From Aulosira sp. ZfuVER01 (GTDB taxonomy: Bacteria > Cyanobacteriota > Cyanobacteriia > Cyanobacteriales > Nostocaceae): 64,000 nt of DNA. A program made the position numbers and the translations under genes. The notes under the pieces are model-generated. The model searched no databases, had not been told where the DNA came from, and saw nothing but the letters and a program-made list of their open reading frames with translations. Shown piece by piece: positions 44,998 to 53,226 of the stretch. Positions within the stretch are counted from its first letter, which is position 1. Each line of letters opens with the position of its first letter. Location of the stretch: assembly GCA_034530615.2 (NCBI GenBank), contig JAVRCV020000032.1:128001-192000 (forward strand), read 5' to 3'.

Positions 44998-45544
44998 TCT
45001 GAATAAATTACTTAATTTAAATATAATACATCGTCTAAAAAAATCAATCTCAACTATTCCTGATACTGATTTTTGGTTGAATACAGTAGTAAGATTATTA
45101 TTAATTTATACATTAATTTCTTTGCCATTAGGTTTATATTTTGGCTTTCTTCAATTCGGTTTTAGCAAATTAACATTAGAAGAAATTATCAAGATTTTAG
45201 CAATTTGCTTGCTGACACCTGCAATTACTGAGGAGATGTTTTTTCGAGTTTTATTATTGCCTCATATCACAGAAGATGTTTCAAGAACTAAAAAATGGAT
45301 ATGGGGATGTATAAGTTTGGTAATTTTTATTGTTTACCATCCTTTAAATGCTTTAACAGCATATCCTGCTGGGTTCCCAACATTTATGAACCCAGTTTTT
45401 TTATTACAGGCAACACTTTTAGGTATTATTTGTACTATTGCTTATTTCCAAAGTGGCTCTTTGTGGCCCTCTGTTGTGATGCATTGGATAATTGTAGTAG
45501 TCTGGCTAGTCTTTTTTGGTGGATATGAAAGACTGAATACTTAA
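44987..45544 (+). CDS. CPBP (Abi/CAAX) intramembrane protease
   Basis: EEMFFR, F..YH, SGSLWP.V.MHW. Confidence 0.85.
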   Translation: MRNNLNKLLNLNIIHRLKKSISTIPDTDFWLNTVVRLLLIYTLISLPLGLYFGFLQFGFSKLTLEEIIKILAICLLTPAITEEMFFRVLLLPHITEDVSRTKKWIWGCISLVIFIVYHPLNALTAYPAGFPTFMNPVFLLQATLLGIICTIAYFQSGSLWPSVVMHWIIVVVWLVFFGGYERLNT

Positions 45545-45561
45545 TTTATTAAATATAAAAA

Positions 45562-46884
45562 ATGCTTCCAGCAAGTAGAGTTTATTTATTATTAGTCATA
45601 GGAATTGCGATCGCCCCCATCTTAGCGATGTTGTTTGGTATTCCGGTAAGTATCGCGATTACACTTCTATTTGATACCCTGGTTCTCGGATTGATGGTTG
45701 TGGATGGTTTGCGGGTGAAACGCGATCGCGTGCAAATTAGCCGTGAATTACCATCGCGATTGTCTATTGGTCGAGATAATCCGGTTGTGCTAAAGGTAAT
45801 ATCGGGAAATACTAATGCTGTCATTCAAATCCGCGACTACTACCCCACAGGCTTTGGTGTTTCTGCACCGGAACTTCAAGCTAATGTAGCGATGAACAGC
45901 ACCCAAGAATTGACATATACCGTCCATCCAACACAGCGAGGAGAATTTTCTTGGAGAAATATTCAGGTAAGACAATTGGGTTTATGGGGATTAGCTTGGG
46001 ATGATTGGCAAATTCCCCAAAATATGGAAGTGAAAGTTTATCCAGATTTAGTGGGGTTGCGATCGCTTTCAATTCGTCTAGCACTGCAATCATCTGGATC
46101 GATCCGTCAACGCCGCATGGGTATTGGTACAGAGTTTGCTGAACTGCGTAACTATCACACTGGTGATGATTTACGCTTAGTTGATTGGAAAGCTACCGCC
46201 CGTCGTGTAGGGGGAAATCCCAATACACCGCCATTGGTAAGGGTTTTAGAACCAGAACAAGAGCAAACTTTGCTGATTTTGCTAGATCGTGGCAGGTTGA
46301 TGACAGCACAAGTACAAGGTTTGCAGCGATTTGACTGGGGATTAAATGCAACTTTATCCTTAGCTTTAGCAGGATTGCATCGAGGCGATCGCGTCGGAGT
46401 CGGTGTATTTGATCGCCAAATGCATACGTGGATTCCCCCCGAACGCGGTCAAAATCATCTCACTCAACTAATCGATCGCCTGACTCTCATTCAACCTATA
46501 TTACTGGAATCTGATTATTTAGGGGCTGTAACCAATGTTGTCCAGAGGCAAACTCGTCGGGCGTTAGTAGTATTAATCACCGATATAGTTGATGTCACCG
46601 CCTCCACCGAACTTCTCGCCGCCCTTTCTCGGCTAGCACCTCGTTATCTGCCATTTTGCGTGACACTCCGCGATCCACAAGTCGATCTTCGGGCGCATAC
46701 CTTTACTGAAGATGTCACAAATACTTATGTCCGGGCGGTAGCTTTAGATTTATTAGCACAAAGACAAGTTGCATTTGCCCAGTTAAAACAAAAAGGTGTG
46801 TTGATACTTGACGCACCAGCTAATCAAATTACAGATCAGTTGGTTGAAAGATACTTGCAACTCAAAGCCCGAAATCAGTTATAA
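45562..46884 (+). CDS. DUF58 protein
   Basis: GTEFAELRNY..GDD.R..DWKATAR. Confidence 0.92.
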   Translation: MLPASRVYLLLVIGIAIAPILAMLFGIPVSIAITLLFDTLVLGLMVVDGLRVKRDRVQISRELPSRLSIGRDNPVVLKVISGNTNAVIQIRDYYPTGFGVSAPELQANVAMNSTQELTYTVHPTQRGEFSWRNIQVRQLGLWGLAWDDWQIPQNMEVKVYPDLVGLRSLSIRLALQSSGSIRQRRMGIGTEFAELRNYHTGDDLRLVDWKATARRVGGNPNTPPLVRVLEPEQEQTLLILLDRGRLMTAQVQGLQRFDWGLNATLSLALAGLHRGDRVGVGVFDRQMHTWIPPERGQNHLTQLIDRLTLIQPILLESDYLGAVTNVVQRQTRRALVVLITDIVDVTASTELLAALSRLAPRYLPFCVTLRDPQVDLRAHTFTEDVTNTYVRAVALDLLAQRQVAFAQLKQKGVLILDAPANQITDQLVERYLQLKARNQL

Positions 46885-47020
46885 ATCAAATATTTTTATC
46901 TTATGCAAAAGTGCAGAGAAGAACGCAAGGACAAAAGCTAAACAATAGATTGATTGCAAATCTCTTTTCTCTGTGTTCTCTGTGCCTCTGTGGTTCGTTT
47001 TTTCATTGCCTTACTTAAGA

Positions 47021-47989
47021 TTAACTCTGCATTTGTGGGGTAATTTTACGACTACAATACATCACCAAAATCACAAACAATCCCATCCCGGCAAGATATT
47101 TTAAAGAGTCTGGGATGCTTGGATTAGGAGAGAAAAAACCCTCGATAGTACCCGCAATTATCAACATCGGCACAATTCCAAATACTAACTGCACCGCTTG
47201 GGAACCATACAATTTGAGCGCATCACGACGACGATATTCACCAGGGAATAATATCGCCTTTGCTAATAACAATCCTGCACCACCAGCAAAAAAGATAGCG
47301 GGTAATTCTAGGGAACCATGCGGAAACACAAACGCCCAAAAAGGATAGGCAAGTTGATTTTGACCTACCAAAGTGCCAATAGCACCAATCAATAAACCAT
47401 TAAATAACATTAAATATGTTGTGTATGCCCCGGCTGTAATCCCACCAGCAACAGCCCCGAAGGAAACCGACAAATTATTAATCATAATACTGCTAGATGC
47501 TAAGGGTTCAATGCCAACAATTGACCCCATCCACAATTTATGATCGTCGCGCACACGGGAAATCAAGCTTTCAGGTACAATCAGCGACATAAAATTTGGA
47601 TCTTGCCAAGCGTACCACCAAGCAACTAACGCCCCCAACAAAAACAAGCCCGTAGCAGCAGCAGTATATGCGAATGTTTGCTGTACTACAGCTGGTAAAC
47701 CCCATTTATAGAATTTCACAACAGCTTGCCATTCTTGACGACGCGAACCTTGATAAATCTGCGTATAGGCGCGAGTTGTTAAAGATTGTAAACTGTGTAT
47801 CAAAGTATTGCCGACTTGATGAGTACGGGCACGTGCTAAATCTGCGGCTACTGAACGATATAAACTCGCCAATTCCCGAATTTCTAATGCCTTCAGCGAC
47901 TTTAACCCTTTTTTTTCTACCTGCCGTAATAGGGTATCCAAACGCTGCCAATTTATTTCCCGTCGTGCAATCCAACGTTGAATATTCAT
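47021..47989 (-). CDS. SpoIIM-like membrane protein
   Basis: NNL.V, PHGSLEL, AG.IEGF. Confidence 0.9.
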   Translation of the reverse strand: MNIQRWIARREINWQRLDTLLRQVEKKGLKSLKALEIRELASLYRSVAADLARARTHQVGNTLIHSLQSLTTRAYTQIYQGSRRQEWQAVVKFYKWGLPAVVQQTFAYTAAATGLFLLGALVAWWYAWQDPNFMSLIVPESLISRVRDDHKLWMGSIVGIEPLASSSIMINNLSVSFGAVAGGITAGAYTTYLMLFNGLLIGAIGTLVGQNQLAYPFWAFVFPHGSLELPAIFFAGGAGLLLAKAILFPGEYRRRDALKLYGSQAVQLVFGIVPMLIIAGTIEGFFSPNPSIPDSLKYLAGMGLFVILVMYCSRKITPQMQS

Positions 47990-48068
47990 AAGTTTTGCCA
48001 GGATTGGGTTGAGTTTACCTTAAGATAGCCTCAATTCATCTCCGTACTTGCAAGGAAAATTTAACATC

Positions 48069-48923
48069 ATGTCTGGCGATTTTGGTTCTCCCAGCCCTAT
48101 GCAACCCCTCAGTGTGGGAAATGTCGTGAGTGCAGGAATGCGATTGTATCGTTCTCACCTCAAGGAATACTATTTACTGGCTCTGAAGGCTTATTTTTGG
48201 ATACTAGTTCCAGTTTATGGGTGGGCAAAGTTTTATGCTCTGTCCGCACTGATTTCTCGCTTGGCTTTTGGCGATTTAGTCGATCAACCCGAAAGCATCG
48301 CCACTGGTGAACGTTATGTCAATTCCAGATTATGGCAATTTTTGCTGACGATGCTATTAATGTTGATTGTAGGTATGGGAATTGTCTTTGGTGTTGGGTT
48401 TATATTTGTCTTGATTGGCGTTTTATCAGCTGTTGTGGTGGGAGGGATAGGTCAACAATCAAGTCCTGCTGCTGCTTTACTGGTTGGTTTAATCGCTTTT
48501 ATTTTAGGTTTGGGGGCATTTGTGGCAGTTTTGTGGCTGTTGACACGTTTTTATTTAGTGGATGTGCCCCTGGCAATTGAGGATAACATTGATGCTACTT
48601 CCACTATCGGTCGTAGCTGGGAGTTAACTCAAGGTTACGTGTGGCGAATTCTCTTGATCGGGTTTGTGGCTTTTTTGATCACAATACCTATTCAAATTTT
48701 GGTGCAAATTCTATCGACAATTGTGCAGCTAATTTTTATGCCTTTGATACAACAAGGAAATAGTGCTATTGGCGTGCTTATGTTCTTGTTAATCTTAGCT
48801 TTAAGTTTTGCCACTGGGGCTGCGATCGTTCCATTTTGGCAAACCGTCAAAGCTGTGATTTACTATGACTTGCGCAGTCGTCGTGAAGGCTTAGGCTTGA
48901 AGTTACGCGATCGCGAAATTTAA
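48069..48923 (+). CDS. Membrane protein (DUF975-like)
   Basis: Multi-TM, RSWELT.G..WR, YYDLRSRREG. Confidence 0.75.
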   Translation: MSGDFGSPSPMQPLSVGNVVSAGMRLYRSHLKEYYLLALKAYFWILVPVYGWAKFYALSALISRLAFGDLVDQPESIATGERYVNSRLWQFLLTMLLMLIVGMGIVFGVGFIFVLIGVLSAVVVGGIGQQSSPAAALLVGLIAFILGLGAFVAVLWLLTRFYLVDVPLAIEDNIDATSTIGRSWELTQGYVWRILLIGFVAFLITIPIQILVQILSTIVQLIFMPLIQQGNSAIGVLMFLLILALSFATGAAIVPFWQTVKAVIYYDLRSRREGLGLKLRDREI

Positions 48924-49056
48924 ATGCTAGTAATGTGGAAGTCAATAGTCAAGAGTCAATAGGCAAGAGTAAAAGGACAGTTTGTTATTTCTCCTTCTGC
49001 TCCTTGTCTCCCTTGTCACTGAGACTTCCTTCTAATGAGCGAATTTTAAATTGCTT

Positions 49057-49836
49057 ATGCACCTTTTTAATCGTATTAAGTTCCGTACCCCAGAAAGTGT
49101 CGAACTAGAATTTACTCTCGCAGGAATTGGTAATCGTGCCTGGGCTTTGATAATTGATTACCATATTTTAGCCTTAATTTTAGTAGCTTTTTATATTATT
49201 TTTTGGATTCTGATAGTACAATTTTCAGATTTTTGGATAACAGTTTTTGGCTCTACTTTAGGTTTGTGGATGATGGCGATCGCATTCTTGATCGCGTTTG
49301 CCATTTATGCTGGTTATTTCGTATTTTTTGAAACTCTATGGCAAGGGCAAACCTTTGGTAAGCGCTTTGCTAAAATCCGCGTTGTCCGAGATGATGGTAG
49401 ACCAATTGGACTACAACAAGCAGCTTTACGTGGTTTACTACGTCCCATTGATGAATTCTTATTTATCGGCGCTTTTTTAATTATGTTAGGTCGTCAAGAA
49501 AAGCGCTTAGGTGATTTCGCGGCAGGGACAATTGTCATTCAAGACCAAATACCCACTGGTTCAGCAACTATTACTATCTCAGAACAGGCAAAGTCACTCC
49601 ATGAAGAACTAAGTCAAATTGCTGATTTATCACCATTGTTACCAGATGATTTTGCTGTAATTCGAGAATATTTACAAAGACGTAGTGGAATGTCAGCTAG
49701 GTCAAGATCCTCACTATCCTTAAAGTTATCCCAACAGGTTCAAGCTATTATTAACTTAGAGCAAATGCCTCCAGGTGTTTCACCTGATGTATTTTTAGAA
49801 GCTATTTATATTGCTTATAAACAGAGAGAGTTTTAA
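49057..49836 (+). CDS. RDD family protein
   Basis: TPE.V.LE..LAG.G.R..A..ID, GQT.GK, RLGD..AGT. Confidence 0.92.
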   Translation: MHLFNRIKFRTPESVELEFTLAGIGNRAWALIIDYHILALILVAFYIIFWILIVQFSDFWITVFGSTLGLWMMAIAFLIAFAIYAGYFVFFETLWQGQTFGKRFAKIRVVRDDGRPIGLQQAALRGLLRPIDEFLFIGAFLIMLGRQEKRLGDFAAGTIVIQDQIPTGSATITISEQAKSLHEELSQIADLSPLLPDDFAVIREYLQRRSGMSARSRSSLSLKLSQQVQAIINLEQMPPGVSPDVFLEAIYIAYKQREF

Positions 49837-49923
49837 ATATAAAATTTAAATGTTTTAGATAATTTATGCTAAATCAATAGTCAAAAGTCCAGAATGTTAT
49901 GACTAATGACTATTGACTAATGA

Positions 49924-50718
49924 CTATTGACTAAAAACTAAACTCGGCCAGTCAATTTGGCGATAATAGCGTGTCATGTCGTCAAATTTTCTCAGTTCAA
50001 CGCGATCAACTAAAAATCCTGGTGAGTTTAACAGCCATTGTTGATTCAAATTAGAGAGCATGGTACTAAAACCTGTACGGTCTAGTTCGGGTGAAACTTC
50101 TCCAAAATAACCTAATGTAATGTGGGCAGTGAAGTGATAATGTTGTTCAATACCCAAAGCCATTAACTGGGGATTTTGATAAACAGTGCGGCGAAATTTA
50201 ATCACCTGTTCGTAGCAACGCTCATCCTGCGGTACTAAACAAACTCCGATAGCTCTGGGCATGACTATCAATCCCAGTACTTGCCAATATATAGGTTGAC
50301 GATCGTTTGCGATCGCTTTTTGATAGTCCTGAAATATTTCAGCCAAGCAAGAACATAATTGCTGTTCAAATTCGGGGTTTTTCTCGCAGGCGTCACGGAA
50401 AGCACTATCCCAAATCAAATCTGCTAACGTCAAATGAAAGCTAGTATCTGGTACAGGCACAATCAAATCACTGTTGGCAGACAACTGTAACAATTGTTGT
50501 TGATAACTTTGTAACTGGGAGTAGAAAGCAGAGTTTTCTGTTGCTTCTACCGCCGGTGGGGTAATTAGCGTGTAGCCAGGAAATGGTACTGCTTGTCTCA
50601 ACCCGGAATCTGGCTGAAATTTAGAAGACTCCTGAATATGTTGGACTTGGGATCTGTAAGCTTCTGGTAGCATCATTCGTGCTACCCGATTCAAGTAAGT
50701 TTGATAATTGTCGTCCAA
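49924..50718 (-). CDS. 2H phosphoesterase (DUF1868-like)
   Basis: Two HxT motifs (FHLTL, AHITL). Confidence 0.8.
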   Translation of the reverse strand: MDDNYQTYLNRVARMMLPEAYRSQVQHIQESSKFQPDSGLRQAVPFPGYTLITPPAVEATENSAFYSQLQSYQQQLLQLSANSDLIVPVPDTSFHLTLADLIWDSAFRDACEKNPEFEQQLCSCLAEIFQDYQKAIANDRQPIYWQVLGLIVMPRAIGVCLVPQDERCYEQVIKFRRTVYQNPQLMALGIEQHYHFTAHITLGYFGEVSPELDRTGFSTMLSNLNQQWLLNSPGFLVDRVELRKFDDMTRYYRQIDWPSLVFSQ

Positions 50719-50879
50719 TCTCGTTGGCCTCGCGCTCTCACTGGATAGATTTTAGCTGAATAGGCGGGAAGCCTCGCATTCCATCTGTAAGGGTGAGCTT
50801 ATAAATGAGAGTCTATGAAATTTATCCGCTTAAACAGACTTTACCAAAAGCGTTGAGAAAGCGATCGCATTTTAACAAT

Positions 50880-50950
50880 CCACCAGAGAGGTACTGCCCC
50901 TCCTGTTACCGCGTTATCAGCACGGTGCCTCACTTTTCGGCTTCTGGTGG
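50880..50950 (-). ncRNA. Structured ncRNA at the 3' end of the tRNA array (Y-RNA-like candidate)
   Basis: Closing stem CCACCAGAA/CUCUGGUGG, GCCGAAAAG loop, inner GAGGCAC/GUACCUC and CCGUG/CGCGG stems. Confidence 0.45.
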
Positions 50951-50954
50951 AAGG

Positions 50955-51037
50955 CGGAAGATGGAGGAATCGAACCCCTAGGTGTTACCCCACCCCGGTT
51001 TTCAAGACCGGTTGCCGACCATTCAGCGGCATCTTCC
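50955..51037 (-). tRNA. trnS: tRNA-Ser(UGA)
   Basis: Cloverleaf, long variable arm, G73. Confidence 0.9.
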
Positions 51038-51044
51038 ATTCAGG

Positions 51045-51119
51045 GGTGTCTGACGGGGCTTGAACCCGTTATGACTGGTTCCACAAACCAGCACCGCGAC
51101 CACTTTGGCTTCAGACACC
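51045..51119 (-). tRNA. trnH: tRNA-His(GUG)
   Basis: Anticodon GUG, G-1:C73. Confidence 0.9.
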
Positions 51120-51124
51120 ACCAG

Positions 51125-51198
51125 TGGAGCCAAGGGGATTTGAACCCCTAACCTTCCGCTTGCAAGGCGGATGCTCTAGCCAGTTGAGCTATGGTCCC
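51125..51198 (-). tRNA. trnA: tRNA-Ala(UGC)
   Basis: Anticodon UGC, G3:U70. Confidence 0.9.
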
Positions 51199-51201
51199 AT
51201 T

Positions 51202-51276
51202 TGGCAGGAGTGGTAGGACTTGAACCTACATCGGTCGATTTAGAAGATCGATGCCCATCCATTAGGCGACACTCCC
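51202..51276 (-). tRNA. trnR: tRNA-Arg(UCU)
   Basis: Anticodon UCU, encoded CCA. Confidence 0.9.
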
Positions 51277-51282
51277 ATAAAT

Positions 51283-51358
51283 TGGTAGCCCTAGCAGGGA
51301 TTGAACCTGCGACTTCCTCTTTGTAAGAGAGGCACTCTCCCCACTGAGTTACAGGGCT
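51283..51358 (-). tRNA. trnV: tRNA-Val(UAC)
   Basis: Anticodon UAC, encoded CCA. Confidence 0.9.
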
Positions 51359-51363
51359 ACGAG

Positions 51364-51435
51364 AGCGAGTGATGGGATTTGAACCCATGCGCTGAGTGTG
51401 GCGCACTCAGATGCTAGCCACTACATCACACCCGC
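51364..51435 (-). tRNA. trnG: tRNA-Gly(GCC), atypical anticodon loop
   Basis: GCGGGUG acceptor, U73; loop GC-GCC-AC (C33). Confidence 0.75.
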
Positions 51436-51458
51436 ATCGAAGAACCTATACGGTTCAG

Positions 51459-51529
51459 AGCGATCGACGAGACTCGAACTCGTACCGTGAGTTTGGAAGA
51501 CTCTGATGCTGCCTTTACACCACGATCGC
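51459..51529 (-). tRNA. trnG: tRNA-Gly(UCC)
   Basis: Anticodon UCC, U73. Confidence 0.88.
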
Positions 51530-51533
51530 ATTA

Positions 51534-51607
51534 AGCTGGTAACAGGAATTGAACCTGCAACCTACTGATTACAAGTCAGTTGCTCTGCCAGATTGAGCTA
51601 CACCAGC
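51534..51607 (-). tRNA. trnT: tRNA-Thr(UGU)
   Basis: Anticodon UGU, canonical arms. Confidence 0.92.
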
Positions 51608-51610
51608 ATT

Positions 51611-51688
51611 TGGTAGCGGAGGTGGGATTTGAACCCACTACGTGAAGGCTTATGAGACCTCAGAGCGCACCATAGCTCTATCTCCGCG
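51611..51688 (-). tRNA. trnM: tRNA-Met(CAU), C1:U72 mismatch (initiator-like acceptor)
   Basis: Anticodon CAU, encoded CCA. Confidence 0.82.
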
Positions 51689-51689
51689 A

Positions 51690-51763
51690 TACCCCTGACT
51701 GGATTTGAACCAGCAACTTCCAAATTTTAAGTTTGGCACCTCTTCCAATTGGGTTACAGGGGC
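51690..51763 (-). tRNA. trnL: tRNA-Leu(UAA), intronless, short variable arm
   Basis: Anticodon UAA, A73. Confidence 0.85.
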
Positions 51764-51769
51764 AAGTTT

Positions 51770-51844
51770 TGGTGGGCGCTACAGGAATTGAACCTGTGTG
51801 AGCCTGATTAAGAGTCAGGAGCATAACCGTTCTGCCAAACGCCC
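51770..51844 (-). tRNA. trnK: tRNA-Lys(CUU)
   Basis: Anticodon CUU, encoded CCA. Confidence 0.88.
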
Positions 51845-51850
51845 TAGTTT

Positions 51851-51925
51851 TGGTGGGTCGCCCAGGGGTTGAACCTGGATAAGTCTACTTAAAAGGTAGC
51901 TGCATATCCGCTCTGCCAACGACCC
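51851..51925 (-). tRNA. trnK: tRNA-Lys(UUU)
   Basis: Anticodon UUU, encoded CCA. Confidence 0.88.
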
Positions 51926-51929
51926 AAGT

Positions 51930-52007
51930 TGGTACTCCCGACAGGATTTGAACCTGCAACAATTCCGTCCCTCAAACGGAAGCGTTTACCAATTTCGCCA
52001 CGGGAGC
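51930..52007 (-). tRNA. trnL: tRNA-Leu(GAG), short variable arm
   Basis: Anticodon GAG, encoded CCA. Confidence 0.85.
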
Positions 52008-52012
52008 ATCAG

Positions 52013-52086
52013 TACCCCTGACAGGAGTCGAACCTGCAAAACACTCGGTCTAAACGAGCGACGGTTTCCAATTACGTCACAGGGGC
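52013..52086 (-). tRNA. trnL: tRNA-Leu(UAG), short variable arm
   Basis: Anticodon UAG, A73. Confidence 0.85.
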
Positions 52087-52089
52087 AAA

Positions 52090-52166
52090 TGGTCGGGATG
52101 GCAGGATTTGAACCTGCAACCTTCAGCTCCCAAAGCTGCCGCGCTACCAAGTTGCGCCACATCCCG
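52090..52166 (-). tRNA. trnP: tRNA-Pro(UGG)
   Basis: CGGGAUG acceptor, anticodon UGG, CCA. Confidence 0.93.
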
Positions 52167-52167
52167 T

Positions 52168-52248
52168 TGGTACTCCTGACGGGAGTCGAACCCGTACAAA
52201 ATAGACTGTTTTTGAGACAGCCGCCTCTTCCAATTGGGCTACAGGAGC
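52168..52248 (-). tRNA. trnL: tRNA-Leu(CAA)
   Basis: Anticodon CAA, CCA. Confidence 0.85.
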
Positions 52249-52254
52249 ATAATT

Positions 52255-52330
52255 TGGCTGCCCTGCCAGGGTTTGAACCTGGAATCTCCTCGTTCAAAGC
52301 GAGGGATGTTGCCAGTTACACCACAGGGCA
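52255..52330 (-). tRNA. trnQ: tRNA-Gln(UUG)
   Basis: U1-A72, anticodon UUG, CCA. Confidence 0.9.
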
Positions 52331-52335
52331 ATGAT

Positions 52336-52412
52336 TGGCTGCCGAGGTTGGGGTCGAACCAACATCTCCGTGATTCAGAGTCACAGCGACTTTCCAAGTC
52401 GTCCACTCGGCA
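52336..52412 (-). tRNA. trnQ: tRNA-Gln(CUG)
   Basis: U1-A72, anticodon CUG, CCA. Confidence 0.88.
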
Positions 52413-52417
52413 ATGAA

Positions 52418-52493
52418 TGGCTGCCCAAGTAGGAATCGAACCTACAACAAAGCGGTTAACAGCCGCTTGCTCTGCCAATTGAGCTATGGGGCA
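52418..52493 (-). tRNA. trnN: tRNA-Asn(GUU)
   Basis: Anticodon GUU, CCA. Confidence 0.92.
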
Positions 52494-52502
52494 ATGTGCC
52501 AG

Positions 52503-52577
52503 TCCCCCAGATCCGGATTGAACGGATGACCTCCTGTTCTTCAAACAGGCGCTACTACCAACTGAGCTACCAGGGGA
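52503..52577 (-). tRNA. trnF: tRNA-Phe(GAA)
   Basis: Anticodon GAA; one U:U mismatch in acceptor. Confidence 0.85.
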
Positions 52578-52582
52578 TAAGG

Positions 52583-52656
52583 CGAGAACGGAGGGACTTG
52601 AACCCCCACTCTTCAGGTTCGTAATCTGAGATGTTATCCAGTTACACCACGTTCTC
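52583..52656 (-). tRNA. trnR: tRNA-Arg(ACG)
   Basis: Anticodon ACG. Confidence 0.87.
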
Positions 52657-52662
52657 ATAAGG

Positions 52663-52747
52663 CGGAGAGAGAGGGAATTGAACCCACAGTGGACTTGCAT
52701 CCACGACTGTTTAGCAAACAGCTTGCCCTGCCAATAGCAATCTCTCC
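52663..52747 (-). tRNA. trnS: tRNA-Ser(GCU)
   Basis: Anticodon GCU, long variable arm, G73. Confidence 0.88.
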
Positions 52748-52751
52748 ATGA

Positions 52752-52832
52752 TGGGTCGGGCTGGAATTGAACCAGCAACGCAAACGCGGCGGTTTTACAG
52801 ACCGTTGCCCACACCAATAGGCGAGCCGACCC
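52752..52832 (-). tRNA. trnY: tRNA-Tyr(GUA)
   Basis: Anticodon GUA, variable arm. Confidence 0.9.
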
Positions 52833-52850
52833 ATATATGTTTGAGTAATT

Positions 52851-52922
52851 ACTTGAGATTTCTGGGTGAAATAAAGGAATGGAGAGACCAGTTTTCCTGT
52901 TCTCTGCCATCCCAACTCAAGT
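52851..52922 (-). ncRNA. Structured non-tRNA insert within the array
   Basis: Nested stems ACUUGAG/CUCAAGU, UGGG/CCCA, AUGG/CCAU, AGAGA/UCUCU with a pyrimidine-rich bulge. Confidence 0.45.
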
Positions 52923-52925
52923 CAG

Positions 52926-52999
52926 CAGTGCCGACGGGGATTGAACCCGCAATCTCCTGCTTGAAAGACAGGTGGCTTTACCAATTTGCCTACGGCACC
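52926..52999 (-). tRNA. trnE: tRNA-Glu(UUC)
   Basis: Anticodon UUC. Confidence 0.9.
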
Positions 53000-53010
53000 A
53001 AGATTGAGAT

Positions 53011-53152
53011 TTCTACCACGCGCAAGTTTGAGAAGCTGTTTTTAACAGCCTCCAAGTTTGGTTTGGCGGAGGCTGTAGGAGTCGAACCTACTTCGGTTTT
53101 ATAGACCGATTAACCAGTTTGTAAGCTTCTGATGTTGGGGCACGTGGTAGAA
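53011..53152 (-). ncRNA. Circularly permuted tRNA-like RNA (YrlA Y-RNA-like)
   Basis: Variable arm, T arm (GUAGG-UUCGACU-CCUAC) and AGCCUCC-G-CCA precede the acceptor 5' strand GGAGGCU; enclosed by AGAAGCU/AGCUUCU and a 13-bp terminal stem. Confidence 0.7.
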
Positions 53153-53223
53153 CGCAGAGACTAGGATTTGAACCCAGACCAAAGGTTTTGGAGACCCTTA
53201 TGCTGCCGTTACACTATCCCTGC
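53153..53223 (-). tRNA. trnW: tRNA-Trp(CCA)
   Basis: Anticodon CCA, G73. Confidence 0.87.
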
Positions 53224-53226
53224 ATT

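Noticed and set aside
50880..50950. Hammerhead ribozyme (CUGAUAA and CGAAA present)
   Set aside because: Core is not CUGAnGA and the three stems cannot be assembled in the required order
53064..53110. Ordinary tRNA-Ser or tRNA-Sec gene
   Set aside because: No anticodon arm or acceptor 5' strand upstream; the 5' strand lies downstream (permuted)
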